Shown here: in pieces, positions 9,855 to 20,770 of the stretch
How positions within the stretch are numbered: position 1 is the stretch's first letter
Layout of the letters: each line of letters begins with the position of its first letter
DNA from: Candidatus Latescibacterota bacterium
GTDB lineage: Bacteria > Latescibacterota > UBA2968 > SICM01
Assembly: GCA_965217865.1 (NCBI GenBank)
Contig: CBDCJO010000002.1
Span: 5,472,001-5,536,000 of the forward strand
Length of the DNA: 64,000 nt
Direction of reading: 5' to 3'
Notes under the pieces: generated by a model
What the model was told of the DNA's origin: nothing
Seen by the model: the letters and a program-made list of their open reading frames with translations, nothing else
The model's database searches: none
Position numbers and translations under genes: made by a program

Positions 9855-11213
9855 GTGATTCTTCGCATATGTCCTTTGATCTTCCTGCTTTTTATCTTTG
9901 GATGCGCGGGCTATGCATCCTATGTAGTTGGATTTCGGGACAGGCTTGCAAGCAAGGATTATGAAGGCGTTCGTCTCAGCCTGAACAAGGCAAGTAAGGG
10001 ACGAGACAAACTCCTTTACTTCCTGGAAAAAGGGCTCGTGGATCGTTACCAGGGCGACTATCGGGGGTCGAATATACACTTTGAACTGGCGGAACGGCTG
10101 GCCGATCAGCTCTATACCCGCTCCATTTCACGGGAAATGGCAGCCCTGCTCACAAACGACGCCGTTCGTGCCTATCGAGGGGATAAATTTGAACTCGTCT
10201 TCATCAACTACTATCGTTCGCTCAATTACTGGCAGTTGGGACTTCAAGAGGATGCACTGGTTGAATGCCGCAAGGCGAACGAAAAATTGGCCCGATATGC
10301 TGCCACCGCCAAATATCCCACCAGCTACCGAAACGACGCCTTTATCCACTGGATGACCGGCCTGTTTTATGAAGCCACGGATGAATTAAACGATGCATAC
10401 GTCGCTTATCGGCACGCCCACATGGCATATCTCACTTACCGGAAGGCCTTCGGGATTTCACCCCCCCCGTCCCTTTCCCAGGATCTGATCCGGGTCGGCA
10501 TGAAGCTTGGATTTGCTGATGATGTAGAAGGGTTGATCGGATCGGATTCTTCAACCTCCCCTGAACCCCTCGGCGGGGAACTTATCCTTTTATGCGAAAC
10601 CGGTTTTGTCTCACGGAAGATCCAGGAGGAGATCAATCTTCCCATCTTTGAAGAGGACATCGACCTGAAACGAGGATTGGGTATGATTGCTCTTTCGCAC
10701 CGGGTAGCCCGGAGATACCGAAGGAGGTATCCCCCCGACTTGAAATTAAAGTACTGGCTTCGGGTAGCGGTTCCTGTTTATCGGGATACCCGTCCCAAAA
10801 CCCATCGGTTTCGTTTGAAAGCATCGGGACGCAACACCGGAACCGTCCTTGTGGAAGACCTCTCAGGCATTGCCCGTCAGACTCTTCAGGACAGGTTCCC
10901 GGTTATCCTTGCGCGGACGGTCGCGCGAGGACTGACCAAGTACCTTGCATCGGAATCGATCGAGAATAAAAATAAATTATTAGGATTTTTCGCCAACCTC
11001 TTTACCGCATCCACAGAGGCTGCAGACACCCGGAGCTGGATTTCGCTGCCTGGAAACATTCAGATGGGCAGGATCCGGTTGCCGGAAGGCTTCCACGATA
11101 TCAATGTTGAGGCAATCGATTCGAGAGGACGGATTATCGAGACCTACGGATTCCCTTTGGTTGAGATTCGAGACGACCGGCCCACATTTTTGAGCTATCG
11201 AACCTATCAATAA
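9855..11213 (+). CDS. COG3014-family TPR-like lipoprotein
   Basis: Lipobox FGC; ALVECRK; ADTRSW.SLP motif; upstream of LpoB-like gene. Confidence 0.75.
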   Translation: MILRICPLIFLLFIFGCAGYASYVVGFRDRLASKDYEGVRLSLNKASKGRDKLLYFLEKGLVDRYQGDYRGSNIHFELAERLADQLYTRSISREMAALLTNDAVRAYRGDKFELVFINYYRSLNYWQLGLQEDALVECRKANEKLARYAATAKYPTSYRNDAFIHWMTGLFYEATDELNDAYVAYRHAHMAYLTYRKAFGISPPPSLSQDLIRVGMKLGFADDVEGLIGSDSSTSPEPLGGELILLCETGFVSRKIQEEINLPIFEEDIDLKRGLGMIALSHRVARRYRRRYPPDLKLKYWLRVAVPVYRDTRPKTHRFRLKASGRNTGTVLVEDLSGIARQTLQDRFPVILARTVARGLTKYLASESIENKNKLLGFFANLFTASTEAADTRSWISLPGNIQMGRIRLPEGFHDINVEAIDSRGRIIETYGFPLVEIRDDRPTFLSYRTYQ

Positions 11214-11297
11214 AACCGTGAAGCGTACCTCGTGAAGTGTGAGGAGGAAAAAACGGTTTTCACCAGATACGAGACACAGACTTTTGAGGAGACGGCT

Positions 11298-12110
11298 ATG
11301 AAAACGAGATTTGGAACCATCGTCACACGGACCCTGGTGTTCGTCACAGCACTTGGGTTTGGGCCCGACACGGCCCATCCAAAGGATATCTCTTCCCGCG
11401 TGGTCAACATTGTCGAGTGGGACGGTGGTCGGCTCCCACCCGTCTACGAAAGGTCGAGCCAGCTCCCCCTCGATCGGGATGATCTGATCCACATGAACAA
11501 GAATGGGTTTGAACCGGGCCGAATCGTCCGGATGATCGAGGAGCGTCGATTTGTGGGAGATGCCTCAGTGGATGGCCTTATCGAATTGAAGAATGCAGGT
11601 TCCACTCCCGAAGTTCTTCAGGCCATCTCGCTTCATGCCCTGCCCCCCAACAGATCCCTGAACCTTTTGATCGAACTATTCTTCGAAGGCGGGTCCAGTC
11701 AAGCTCGCAGGCGATATCTTTATGTGATTTTTCCAGATGGACCCCTTGAGAGGATCTTCACTGCAGACCTGGGAGCCGTTCTATCCGGGAGCTGGCAAAG
11801 GGATATCCTGACGGATCATACGGATATCCTCCTCCCGAGACGAATTCGGCGAATAACTTTTTCCGGACACGTCCCCCTCAAGACCCACGGTGAAAAAAAG
11901 GCCCTTGTCTTCACTTCGACCATGCCCGATATCCATCGGTCCGGAGAAATTCCGGAATACGATCGTATGGAAGTTCGAGAATACACCTTCAATTATCCGG
12001 TAAGTTCGCTCCGAAGCGACTGCACCCTACAGGTTCGTTATCGCCAGGACTCGGCCTTGGCTTATAAATGGCACATGGTTCGTTCACATATCCAGTTTGA
12101 ATGGGAATAG
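11298..12110 (+). CDS. Exported hypothetical protein
   Basis: RBS GAGGAG, ATG 11298, signal-like N-terminus. Confidence 0.65.
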   Translation: MKTRFGTIVTRTLVFVTALGFGPDTAHPKDISSRVVNIVEWDGGRLPPVYERSSQLPLDRDDLIHMNKNGFEPGRIVRMIEERRFVGDASVDGLIELKNAGSTPEVLQAISLHALPPNRSLNLLIELFFEGGSSQARRRYLYVIFPDGPLERIFTADLGAVLSGSWQRDILTDHTDILLPRRIRRITFSGHVPLKTHGEKKALVFTSTMPDIHRSGEIPEYDRMEVREYTFNYPVSSLRSDCTLQVRYRQDSALAYKWHMVRSHIQFEWE

Positions 12111-12130
12111 TTTTCCAAGGAGGAAAAACC

Positions 12131-12733
12131 ATGACAAGCAAATTTCCTATGACGGCTGCTATCGCATTATTCATCCTGGGCGTGGGCTGTGCCGGTCCGA
12201 GGGCATTCACCAAGGGGACTTATGAGGGCCCTGAGACTATTGCCTTGCTCGACGACCGGTTCAACGAAAACGACATTCAACTCATCGCCAAAGTTATGGC
12301 CAACTCTCTGGGCAGGCTTGCGGCATTTGCGGGAAACAGCGAAAAATCAGCAATCCTTGTCGGGAAGATGCGCAACCGCACCACCGAACACATCGATATG
12401 CAGTCTCTCTCCGATAAGATCCGGACGTATTTGATCCAGAGCCGAAAGTTCAAGTTTGTCGATGGGGTCAATCGTACCGATGTTGCCGAGGAATATGAAT
12501 ATCAACAATCTGGATATGTAGATCCGGAACAGGCCATAGGCCCGGGGGGGCAAACAGCGGCGAATTATCTCCTTACCGGAACACTCACTTCCAATGTCCA
12601 GCAAGTCGGGAAAGACAAGCTCGTTTACTACAAGGCCACTTTTCAACTGACAGGACTTCGCACTTCGGAAATTATTTGGACAGAGGAGAAAGAGATCAGG
12701 AAGGCCTACAGGAAGCGAAGCATCGGATTGTAA
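12131..12733 (+). CDS. Penicillin-binding protein activator LpoB-like lipoprotein
   Basis: Lipobox VGC; NRTTEHID; IIWTEEKEIRK. Confidence 0.8.
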   Translation: MTSKFPMTAAIALFILGVGCAGPRAFTKGTYEGPETIALLDDRFNENDIQLIAKVMANSLGRLAAFAGNSEKSAILVGKMRNRTTEHIDMQSLSDKIRTYLIQSRKFKFVDGVNRTDVAEEYEYQQSGYVDPEQAIGPGGQTAANYLLTGTLTSNVQQVGKDKLVYYKATFQLTGLRTSEIIWTEEKEIRKAYRKRSIGL

Positions 12734-12792
12734 CATGAAATTCAGGAAAGTCGCAGAATTCGCAGCCATCAACTCTTACGGGAGATTCGGTT

Positions 12793-13335
12793 ATGAAAAC
12801 ATTTGCACTTGGACTCTGTCTCGTCCTCCTCCTCATCGCGCCTCCGGGTGTTGCCCAGGAAGGACGCACAGACGGCCCCGAAGGGAGCGAATACGGGAAG
12901 GGGGGCTATCCCTTTAGCGGAAGGGAAGCACGACTATATCTCAATCCGTCATTCGGCTCGGGCATCTTCGAGGTCGCCGGGGCCGGAGACCAGACGGGTC
13001 TTCTTTACGGGTTGGACGTGGGATATGAGATGGAGGAATGGATCGGTCTCGAGGGGAGCTACAGCTACCTGAGGGATCGGGAACTCTCAATATTCGGCCT
13101 TGGTTCCCGGTTTTCCTACAATCGCCACCCGTTCATCTATTCCTTCACCGTCCAGGCAGGTCTCTATAGCCAGAAAACCGGGGACAATAACTTCGGACTG
13201 GCGCCGGGGACGGGCGTTGATATCGTCGTCGGGGAACGCTATCGGGTGGGGCTTCACTATCGCCGGGACTTCGTCTTCTCCGATTCACGCACCCGGCTTA
13301 ATCGCGTCTTCGCCAGAATCGGGTTCTATTTTTGA
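12793..13335 (+). CDS. Outer-membrane beta-barrel protein
   Basis: Signal peptide, amphipathic strands, C-terminal GFYF. Confidence 0.7.
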   Translation: MKTFALGLCLVLLLIAPPGVAQEGRTDGPEGSEYGKGGYPFSGREARLYLNPSFGSGIFEVAGAGDQTGLLYGLDVGYEMEEWIGLEGSYSYLRDRELSIFGLGSRFSYNRHPFIYSFTVQAGLYSQKTGDNNFGLAPGTGVDIVVGERYRVGLHYRRDFVFSDSRTRLNRVFARIGFYF

Positions 13336-13624
13336 CGTCGGAAGATTGACAAACCGTCAAACGTGAGAAGGAAGTCGGGGGTGGGAGGTCCGGTTCGGGG
13401 AAGTCAAAACGGGTCAGGGGGGTCAGGAATAGTGTGGGGTTTCAGAGGTCAGGGATTGGAGAGGCGATTAGATGGGAGGGACGCTCGCGGGGTCGCGGGC
13501 CCTCCCAAAACCTGGTCGTTCAGGTCCCTTTTCGAGATATCATCGACGGTCCGATCCCCGAATCACGATCCACGATCCACGATTTTTCGAACCCCGGGTC
13601 CTCTGACCACGGCTTTTTACGGCT

Positions 13625-15298
13625 TCATAATTTCACCCCGTGATTGTCCGCAAGATACGGATTCGTAAATTCCGTCAATACGTTGATGCACGCCGGTAAT
13701 CCCGAATCGAAAGCCCGCTGTATGGCAGGCCGGATTTCCCGCGGATCTTCCACCAACTCGCCATAGCCCCCCAGGGCCTCTGCAACCTTGTCGTACCTGG
13801 TCATTCCCAACTCCGTACCAAACGTCCTCTCTGGTCCAAATTCCTTTACCTGGTCGTGACGAATGATCCCCCAGTAGCGGTCCGTGCTCACCACCGTTAC
13901 GAATGGGATCTTCTCTTTGACGGCCACATCGTACTCCATCCCCGCGAAACCGAACGAACCGTCCCCTGAAATAAGAATTACCCGCCCCTCGGGTCGGGCA
14001 AGTTTCGCGGCCATTGCGTATGGAATTCCGTTTCCGATTCCCAGAATCGGGCCGACGGTGATCCAGTTTCGGGGATGCCTGGGATGTGCTGCGATCTTCG
14101 CCCATTGGCCTACATCCCCGCCATCGGAAACAATGACGTCGCTTTCTTCCATGAACTCGAACACCTCACGGCAGAGTCGTAACGGATGGACCGGCGTTCG
14201 ATCAGATCGGGCTGCCATATCCCACAGGTCACGCACCTCCCTTTCAAAATCGTTCAACTCTGAAATCCAGGGATTGCGATCCCACTCGAATCGCTTCGAT
14301 TCAACGATCAGGTCCAGAAGCGCGGATCTGGAATTTGCAACGATGCCGACATCCACCGGCAGCCTCTCCCCCAGATCCTCCGGGGATTCCTCCACCCGAA
14401 TGATCTTGGCGTCGGACGGAAAAAACGGAGGCCTCCCAAATCCCGAGCGAAAATCGATCCGCATACCAAGGACCATAACCACGTCGGCCGTCCCGATCCG
14501 TCTTGCAACCGGGTTGACCCGCGTCGATCCCAGCCCGGCGTAAAGCGCATGGGGATAAGAGACACATCCCAGGTCGTCCTCCTTAGAAAAATATGGTATT
14601 TTTGTATGATCCGTGAAACGGCGCAGGGCCTGCTCGCCGTGGGACCAGGCCACTCCTCTGCCCGCCAGGACCACAGGCCGCTTCGCCTGATGCAAAAGGG
14701 AAACGGCCTTCTGAATCAAGGCGGGATCCGATCGCATGTCCGCTCCCGTTCGGGTTCTATGGACTGGAATTGCTGCTGCCTCGGATTCATCGCACATTCC
14801 CCCCAGAATATCCCCCGGGATATCCAGGTGCACCGGACCCGGCTTTCCGACAAGGGCGTGCCGGTACGCCGATGACACATATTCGGGAATCCGCGAGGCA
14901 TTCAAAACCATCCTGCTCCACTTTACGATCGGTCTTGCAACCGAGATGTGATCCATCTCCTGCATGGGGCCAAGATCGAACGCCGCGGCATCGGTATGTC
15001 CGCTGATGAACAACATCGGATTGTCGGCGAAGTGGGCGGTGGCAACACCGGAGAGGGCATTCAGCACCCCGGGGCCTGTTGTTACGACACAGACACCCGG
15101 CTTCCCGGTCAATTTTCCCCATGCGTCAGCCATGTAAGCGGCTGAATGTTCGTGGCGCGTGATCAAGATCCGAATCCCATGTTCGGCGCACGCATTGTAG
15201 ATCGGGACGATGGAGCCTCCCGACAGGGAAAAGATGACCTCTACCCCTTCCCTCTTGAGTCCCCTTACAAGCAGATCGCCGCCGGTTACCTGATCCAT
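13625..15298 (-). CDS. ThDP-dependent enzyme (acetolactate synthase/2-hydroxyacyl-CoA lyase family)
   Basis: TRHE, GPG, PGPVHLDIP, GDGSFG. Confidence 0.9.
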   Translation of the reverse strand: MDQVTGGDLLVRGLKREGVEVIFSLSGGSIVPIYNACAEHGIRILITRHEHSAAYMADAWGKLTGKPGVCVVTTGPGVLNALSGVATAHFADNPMLFISGHTDAAAFDLGPMQEMDHISVARPIVKWSRMVLNASRIPEYVSSAYRHALVGKPGPVHLDIPGDILGGMCDESEAAAIPVHRTRTGADMRSDPALIQKAVSLLHQAKRPVVLAGRGVAWSHGEQALRRFTDHTKIPYFSKEDDLGCVSYPHALYAGLGSTRVNPVARRIGTADVVMVLGMRIDFRSGFGRPPFFPSDAKIIRVEESPEDLGERLPVDVGIVANSRSALLDLIVESKRFEWDRNPWISELNDFEREVRDLWDMAARSDRTPVHPLRLCREVFEFMEESDVIVSDGGDVGQWAKIAAHPRHPRNWITVGPILGIGNGIPYAMAAKLARPEGRVILISGDGSFGFAGMEYDVAVKEKIPFVTVVSTDRYWGIIRHDQVKEFGPERTFGTELGMTRYDKVAEALGGYGELVEDPREIRPAIQRAFDSGLPACINVLTEFTNPYLADNHGVKL

Positions 15299-15758
15299 AG
15301 AAAATCCGAGACCTTCCCAATAAACCTTTCAAACAAACCCTTATATGCTTCCCCGATAGTATCGCATTTTCCCACTTCCATAAAAAGCCGTCGTCCGACA
15401 GAAGCGGTGTAGGTTTCATCCAGGGTTCCTGAGATCCTGAACGGATATTCGTGGATTCCGAGGTTCATGATATCGATCGAAACCCCTTTCAACGATCGTT
15501 TAAGATGACCAACAGATCCGTTTTCGGCTCGCAGGTTCCGGTTGGAATGAACAGCGAAAATTCAAACCGGATATTCTCCTCCCAGATCCGGTCCTCCTCC
15601 AGCAGGAGGGGATAAGATGAAGATTCGAATCGGATGCGCTCAACCCGGCGACCATTCCCCTCCAGCGGTTCAGAATTCTTCCGACGGTACGCATCATACA
15701 ACTTACTGGCATCAAAACGAATTTCAGTTGATGGACCGGTCAAAAACAGTGACTCCAT
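15286..15758 (-). pseudogene. DUF6051-like alpha/beta hydrolase remnant with internal deletion
   Basis: EENIRFEFSLFIP...LVILN breaks off, and the C-terminal HEYPF...FIGKVSDFL follows in another frame. Confidence 0.5.
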
Positions 15759-16169
15759 CGAAAGAAGTGATCTCCAGCTTATAAATCACTGAAAAAAATG
15801 TCAAGTGAATAATAGAATGATATTGGATTCCTCGAGTCAAACACCAGGAGGGATCGAGTTTTAAGCTTAGGATATTCCCGGAAGTCAAAACAAAATACGA
15901 GGGACCTAACAAACTGATTCCTTGATCTTTATGACCCTTTGGGCTTGACTTCCAATGAGACATGGCGTATTATTTCCTAAGTCCCTTTAGCGTGGTGGAA
16001 AGGCTGCTCTTGGGTAGTTTTTGGGGCCATATTTAGTCCTCAACAATTCCGCATCTATCCCCTGAGATGCAATAATATACACAGGAGGCATTGACTCTCC
16101 CCCGACCCCCTTGATGCAAAAAAGGAGTCGGCCATTTTTAAATACCGCTGGACTGTTATCCCACTGCTG

Positions 16170-17504
16170 ATGTTTCTGTGTGCCGAATCGGGTTATACAC
16201 AGGAAGAAGAAGAAGAGCAGTACGAGACTTCGGGCGTAAAGGCTATCATGTCCGGGATATTCGGGACAGTCACCGTTGATGGGGCTCAGTGGCAACGGAT
16301 GGCCCTCCGACCCCTATTTACCGCCGGTAGATTCGAAGCTTTATTCGACATCGAACTATTTATCGACGAGAGGGGTCAGTTCCGGGACCGGGGGTGGAAC
16401 TTTGACTCGGGCACCCAAGGTTTTGAAAGCATCCTGAGGAAAATCTCGTATCTTCAATTCGGAGGGTTGGACTGGGAGGATCCCTTTTATCTCCGTATCG
16501 GGTCGCTTGAAGATGTCACCCTGGGTTACGGCCTGATTTTGAGCGGATATCGGAATACCCTGGAGGCCCCGGGCGTCAAAAAAACCGGTCTGGATATAGC
16601 CGTTCGGGGAATATCATCCTGGAGTTTCGGAATCCGTGCGATCATCAACGATTTTGTCGATCTGTCCAAAGGAGGTCCCTTGGTCGGGGTCCGGGTTTCA
16701 GCGCGACCGGTTTTTCGTCCCCAGGACATGGAAGTTGGACGCCTCGAGTTTGGCATGACAGGGGTTTCGGACATCGACCAATATGAAGGTCTCCGGAATT
16801 CACTGCCGGTTCCCCGGCCACCCAGAGACGGAATCACCATGGCGGGTCTCGATGCATCCTATCTGATCTGGGACCGCGAATTTTCTGAATTGATCCTTTA
16901 CGGACAGTATGCCCGCATCGTTGAAGGGGACGGCATTAAAGGGGAAGGATTCGGCGCCCCAGGACTCAAACTCAAGCTCGGTCCGTTGAAAGGCAGGGCC
17001 GAATATCGCCAGTTTTCCGACCAGTTCCGGCCTCAGTACTTCAACGATCTCTACGAAAACGCGAGAGCCCGTTACGACGAAACGAATAACCTGGCCATCC
17101 CCAAGACCGCGACACTGTCCGATACCTCCATGAAAGGAATATACGGACAGGCCTCGCTGTCTCTTGGACCTCTCATGACGGCTTCGGCCTCTTACCAGCA
17201 CCTGAAAGGCCAGGGTGCTTCCAACCAGAGACTCCTCGGAATGGCATCCCTGAACGCCGCATTTCTTGGAAAAGTCCCATATTTCAGCCAGGCGTCGGCC
17301 TATTACGAGAAATATAACATCGATACCCGCCAGGCGAGATTCTTTGATAGCACGCTCGATACCTTCTACGGATATATCCTGAGCATCGACATCTCCCAGG
17401 ACGTATCGGTGATATGGGACACGCGACACACCTTCAGTCCCGGGACCACGACCCCTCTCAAAAGAAATAAGTTATTAAACATACAGGCTGTTGCGCACTT
17501 TTAA
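16170..17504 (+). CDS. Hypothetical outer-membrane protein
   Basis: 444-aa ORF; LEDVTLGYGLI motif; terminal Phe. Confidence 0.7.
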   Translation: MFLCAESGYTQEEEEEQYETSGVKAIMSGIFGTVTVDGAQWQRMALRPLFTAGRFEALFDIELFIDERGQFRDRGWNFDSGTQGFESILRKISYLQFGGLDWEDPFYLRIGSLEDVTLGYGLILSGYRNTLEAPGVKKTGLDIAVRGISSWSFGIRAIINDFVDLSKGGPLVGVRVSARPVFRPQDMEVGRLEFGMTGVSDIDQYEGLRNSLPVPRPPRDGITMAGLDASYLIWDREFSELILYGQYARIVEGDGIKGEGFGAPGLKLKLGPLKGRAEYRQFSDQFRPQYFNDLYENARARYDETNNLAIPKTATLSDTSMKGIYGQASLSLGPLMTASASYQHLKGQGASNQRLLGMASLNAAFLGKVPYFSQASAYYEKYNIDTRQARFFDSTLDTFYGYILSIDISQDVSVIWDTRHTFSPGTTTPLKRNKLLNIQAVAHF

Positions 17505-17545
17505 AAATCCGCCCCATTTCACAAACCCGCCTACCGTGAAATCTG

Positions 17546-18700
17546 ATGCGCGCCGTATACCTCGATCATAATTCAACCACCCCCCTCAGGCCGGAAGTCA
17601 CCGAGGCCATGCTCCCCTACCTTGGACAGCTCTTCGGGAACGCGTCGAGCGTACACGCATTCGGCCGTGAGGCCCGTGTTGCGGTCGAGGAGGCAAGGGA
17701 GACTGTGGCAGGGGCAATCGGGGCAGATCCCGCTGAAATCCTGTTTACAAGCGGGGGAACAGAATCAGACAACACGGCCATCCTCGGGACTGCCTATAGC
17801 CTCCGCGATAAGGGAAAACATATCATCACCTCGGCCGTCGAACATCACGCGGTCCTGCATACCTGCCGGTTCCTTTCAGAAAACGGTTTCGATTTAACTG
17901 TTCTTCCCGTCGATTCCTATGGGCGGGTTGACCCCGATGACGTACGGAAGGCCATCTCGGCGGACACGGTGTTGATCTCGATTATGCACGGAAACAACGA
18001 GATCGGCACGCTCCAATCTGTGGCGGAGATCAGCGCCATAGGGCGCGAACGCGAAGTCCTGCTTCACACTGACGCGGTCCAAACATTCGGAAAGATCGAC
18101 GTGGACGTAGATGCCCTTGGTGTGGATCTGCTTTCGATTTCCGCTCATAAAATTTACGGACCCAAGGGCATTGGGGGGCTCTATATCCGTCGGAAAACGC
18201 CCTTCTCTCCAATTTTTCACGGGGGCTCCCATGAGTCCGGTCGCCGACCGGGTACCGAGAATGTGGCAGGCATTGTGGGATTTGCCAAAGCAATCGAACT
18301 GGCCGCACTGGACCGCACCCAACAGGCCGTTCACTTGAACGTCCTCACGCGCGCGCTATGGTCGGGGATATCTTCCCGGATCGACAGGGTCCGGCTTAAT
18401 GGCCATCCGACAGATCGACTTCCCAACACCCTCAACGTCTCATTCTTTGCAGCAGAGGGAGAATCCCTCATCCTCAGCCTTGATCTAGACGGGGTGGCAA
18501 CTTCCAGCGGGTCCGCGTGTACATCCGGGACGGAGGAACCATCTCACGTTCTGATGGCTCTGGGAATCGAACCCAGGCTCGCTCAGAGTTCCGTACGTTT
18601 CAGCTTTGGCAGGGACAACATGATGGAGGACGTTGACTACATCCTCGAAGTACTTCCGCCGATAGTGAAACGCCTCCGAGAGATCTCCGTCTTTGCGTGA
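17546..18700 (+). CDS. iscS: Cysteine desulfurase
   Basis: YLDHNSTT, FTSGGTES, SAHKIYGPKG, SSGSAC. Confidence 0.93.
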   Translation: MRAVYLDHNSTTPLRPEVTEAMLPYLGQLFGNASSVHAFGREARVAVEEARETVAGAIGADPAEILFTSGGTESDNTAILGTAYSLRDKGKHIITSAVEHHAVLHTCRFLSENGFDLTVLPVDSYGRVDPDDVRKAISADTVLISIMHGNNEIGTLQSVAEISAIGREREVLLHTDAVQTFGKIDVDVDALGVDLLSISAHKIYGPKGIGGLYIRRKTPFSPIFHGGSHESGRRPGTENVAGIVGFAKAIELAALDRTQQAVHLNVLTRALWSGISSRIDRVRLNGHPTDRLPNTLNVSFFAAEGESLILSLDLDGVATSSGSACTSGTEEPSHVLMALGIEPRLAQSSVRFSFGRDNMMEDVDYILEVLPPIVKRLREISVFA

Positions 18701-19893
18701 CTTGCTGCACCCGGGTCAATCCTCACCCTCACCCGATATTTTCTTCGGTCAACCCAAAGAGACATCTCAACGTGGTGACAAAAGAACTTATCCTGGAAGC
18801 GCTCAGGGGGGTAATCGAACCAGATCTCAAGCGGGACATTGTGTCTTTGGACATGGTTCGAAACCTGACCATCCGGGACGGCGAAGTGAGCTTGGATATA
18901 GCCTTGACCACCCCCGCCCACCCTCAAAAGGCACAAATACGCGAAAAAGTTGAAAACGCTGTCAGAGATCTCCAGGGCGTGAACCGTGTTGACGTGAACC
19001 TCACTGCCACGGTCACGCACGGGCCGCCACCCAGCAACAGGCCCCCTTTACCCGGCGTCAAGAATATCGTCGCTGTGGCCAGCGGAAAGGGCGGAGTCGG
19101 GAAATCCACGGTGGCGGCCAACCTCGCCGTCGCCTTAGGTCAATCCGGCGCAGCCGTTGGCTTGATGGACTCCGACATTTATGGGCCGAATATCCCGATT
19201 ATGATGGGAATCAAACAACGGCCTGATGCCGAAGAGGATAAGATCATCCCGCTCGAAGCCCACGGCGTCAAGCTCATGTCGATGGGCTTCATCAGTGGAG
19301 ACAACGTTCCGGTCATATGGCGTGGGCCCATGGTGACAAAAATGATCGAGAAATTTCTCCACAATGTATCCTGGGGTGATCTCGATTACCTGATCCTCGA
19401 CCTTCCTCCCGGAACGGGGGATGTGCAGATTACAATCCGTCAATCCGTGGATGTTATAGGGGCAGTGATCGTCACCACACCGCAAAACCTGGCCCTTGAA
19501 GATGTGAAGCGCGGAATCCTGATGTTTCAGCAGGTCGAGGTCCCGATCCTGGGGCTAATCGAAAACATGAGCTTTTTTAACTGTCCAAAGTGCCAGAGCC
19601 GAAGCGATATTTTCGGTCACCATGGCGGCCGGGAGATGAGCGAACAGATGGGAATCCCTTTCCTGGGCGAGATCCCCCTGGATGGCCAGATCCGCGATGC
19701 GGGAGACATCGGCGTTCCAATCACGGTCGGACAACCCGACTCCGCAACCGCCCGGACTTTCCAGGATATCGTGGGGAAACTGGCTTCAAGCATCAGCATC
19801 GTCAATGCGGCGCGAATAGAACAGGAGAAAGGCCGGCAGGTCGAACGGATGGAGCAGGAGAAACTGAATGCGGGTTTGCAGATGCTGGAATAA
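18697..19893 (+). CDS. mrp: Mrp/ApbC Fe-S carrier ATPase (true start probably GTG 18772)
   Basis: ASGKGGVGKST, WRGPM, DLPPGTGD, ENMS..CPKC. Confidence 0.93.
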   Translation: MTCCTRVNPHPHPIFSSVNPKRHLNVVTKELILEALRGVIEPDLKRDIVSLDMVRNLTIRDGEVSLDIALTTPAHPQKAQIREKVENAVRDLQGVNRVDVNLTATVTHGPPPSNRPPLPGVKNIVAVASGKGGVGKSTVAANLAVALGQSGAAVGLMDSDIYGPNIPIMMGIKQRPDAEEDKIIPLEAHGVKLMSMGFISGDNVPVIWRGPMVTKMIEKFLHNVSWGDLDYLILDLPPGTGDVQITIRQSVDVIGAVIVTTPQNLALEDVKRGILMFQQVEVPILGLIENMSFFNCPKCQSRSDIFGHHGGREMSEQMGIPFLGEIPLDGQIRDAGDIGVPITVGQPDSATARTFQDIVGKLASSISIVNAARIEQEKGRQVERMEQEKLNAGLQMLE

Positions 19894-20011
19894 GAACGTG
19901 AAGCGTAGCGCCGGATAGAATTTCGTTGTGTCGATCCAGAAGGCGCGATGATCTCGCCTCAATCTTCATTCTCCTCTTCCCCTGTCCACTGGCTTTTGCA
20001 TTTTCCATTTT

Positions 20012-20716
20012 TCACTTTACAATTCTATTCCCCCTCCTTCCGCGTTTCCCTATCTTCTCCAGCATTCGCAAAGTCTCCGGAGCTTCGGGTTTTCCTCCCG
20101 AAAGGGAGATCGCTTTCATGTGTACTGCGAGAAAGTCGAGTTCCTCAGGGGTGTCCACATCGTACCACGGGGGAAGCATGGAGAGACTTGCGTTGATTGA
20201 CCCGATCCGCTCCAGGGTCTGCCCCAAAACGCGATCGGTGCTCCACGCCACTTTGTGGAAAATCTTCGGATAGGGACGCGACGCTCCGATCAGATAGTAT
20301 CCTCCGTCCATGCTCGGTCCCAATACCAGATCGCGTGTCATCAAACCACCGAACGCCTCCGATACTATCGTCGGGGGTAATGATGGGCTGTCGGCTCCTA
20401 CCAGCACTGTCTTGTCGGCCCCCTCGGCAAAGCTCAGGTTGAACGCCTCCGCCATTCGGGCCCCCAGATCACCTTCCCCCTGTTGTTGCAGTTCCCAACC
20501 CATTCCCGCAATCCCCCGAATTGCCTTCTCACCATCCATCGGCGCATAAAATATTGTTCGGCGTTCGCACGGGACTTTTGCTCCGTTGCTCAAGACATCT
20601 ATGATGAAGGCCTTGCAAAACGCCGCGGCCTGTTGGGGGGTATATTGTTCGTGGAGTCGGGTCTTTACGCTTCCGGGAACCGGTGCCTTTGCAAATACGA
20701 TCAGATGACGGTTCAT
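20012..20716 (-). CDS. DUF2064/TIGR04282-family glycosyltransferase-like protein
   Basis: FAKAPVPGSVKTRL, QGEGDLGARM, LGPSMDGGYYLIG, DVDT. Confidence 0.85.
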   Translation of the reverse strand: MNRHLIVFAKAPVPGSVKTRLHEQYTPQQAAAFCKAFIIDVLSNGAKVPCERRTIFYAPMDGEKAIRGIAGMGWELQQQGEGDLGARMAEAFNLSFAEGADKTVLVGADSPSLPPTIVSEAFGGLMTRDLVLGPSMDGGYYLIGASRPYPKIFHKVAWSTDRVLGQTLERIGSINASLSMLPPWYDVDTPEELDFLAVHMKAISLSGGKPEAPETLRMLEKIGKRGRRGNRIVK

Positions 20717-20770
20717 TCCTGCTCAAAGCCTTTAAATGCCGAAACCCATTCGCGGACTTCCTCAATGGCA

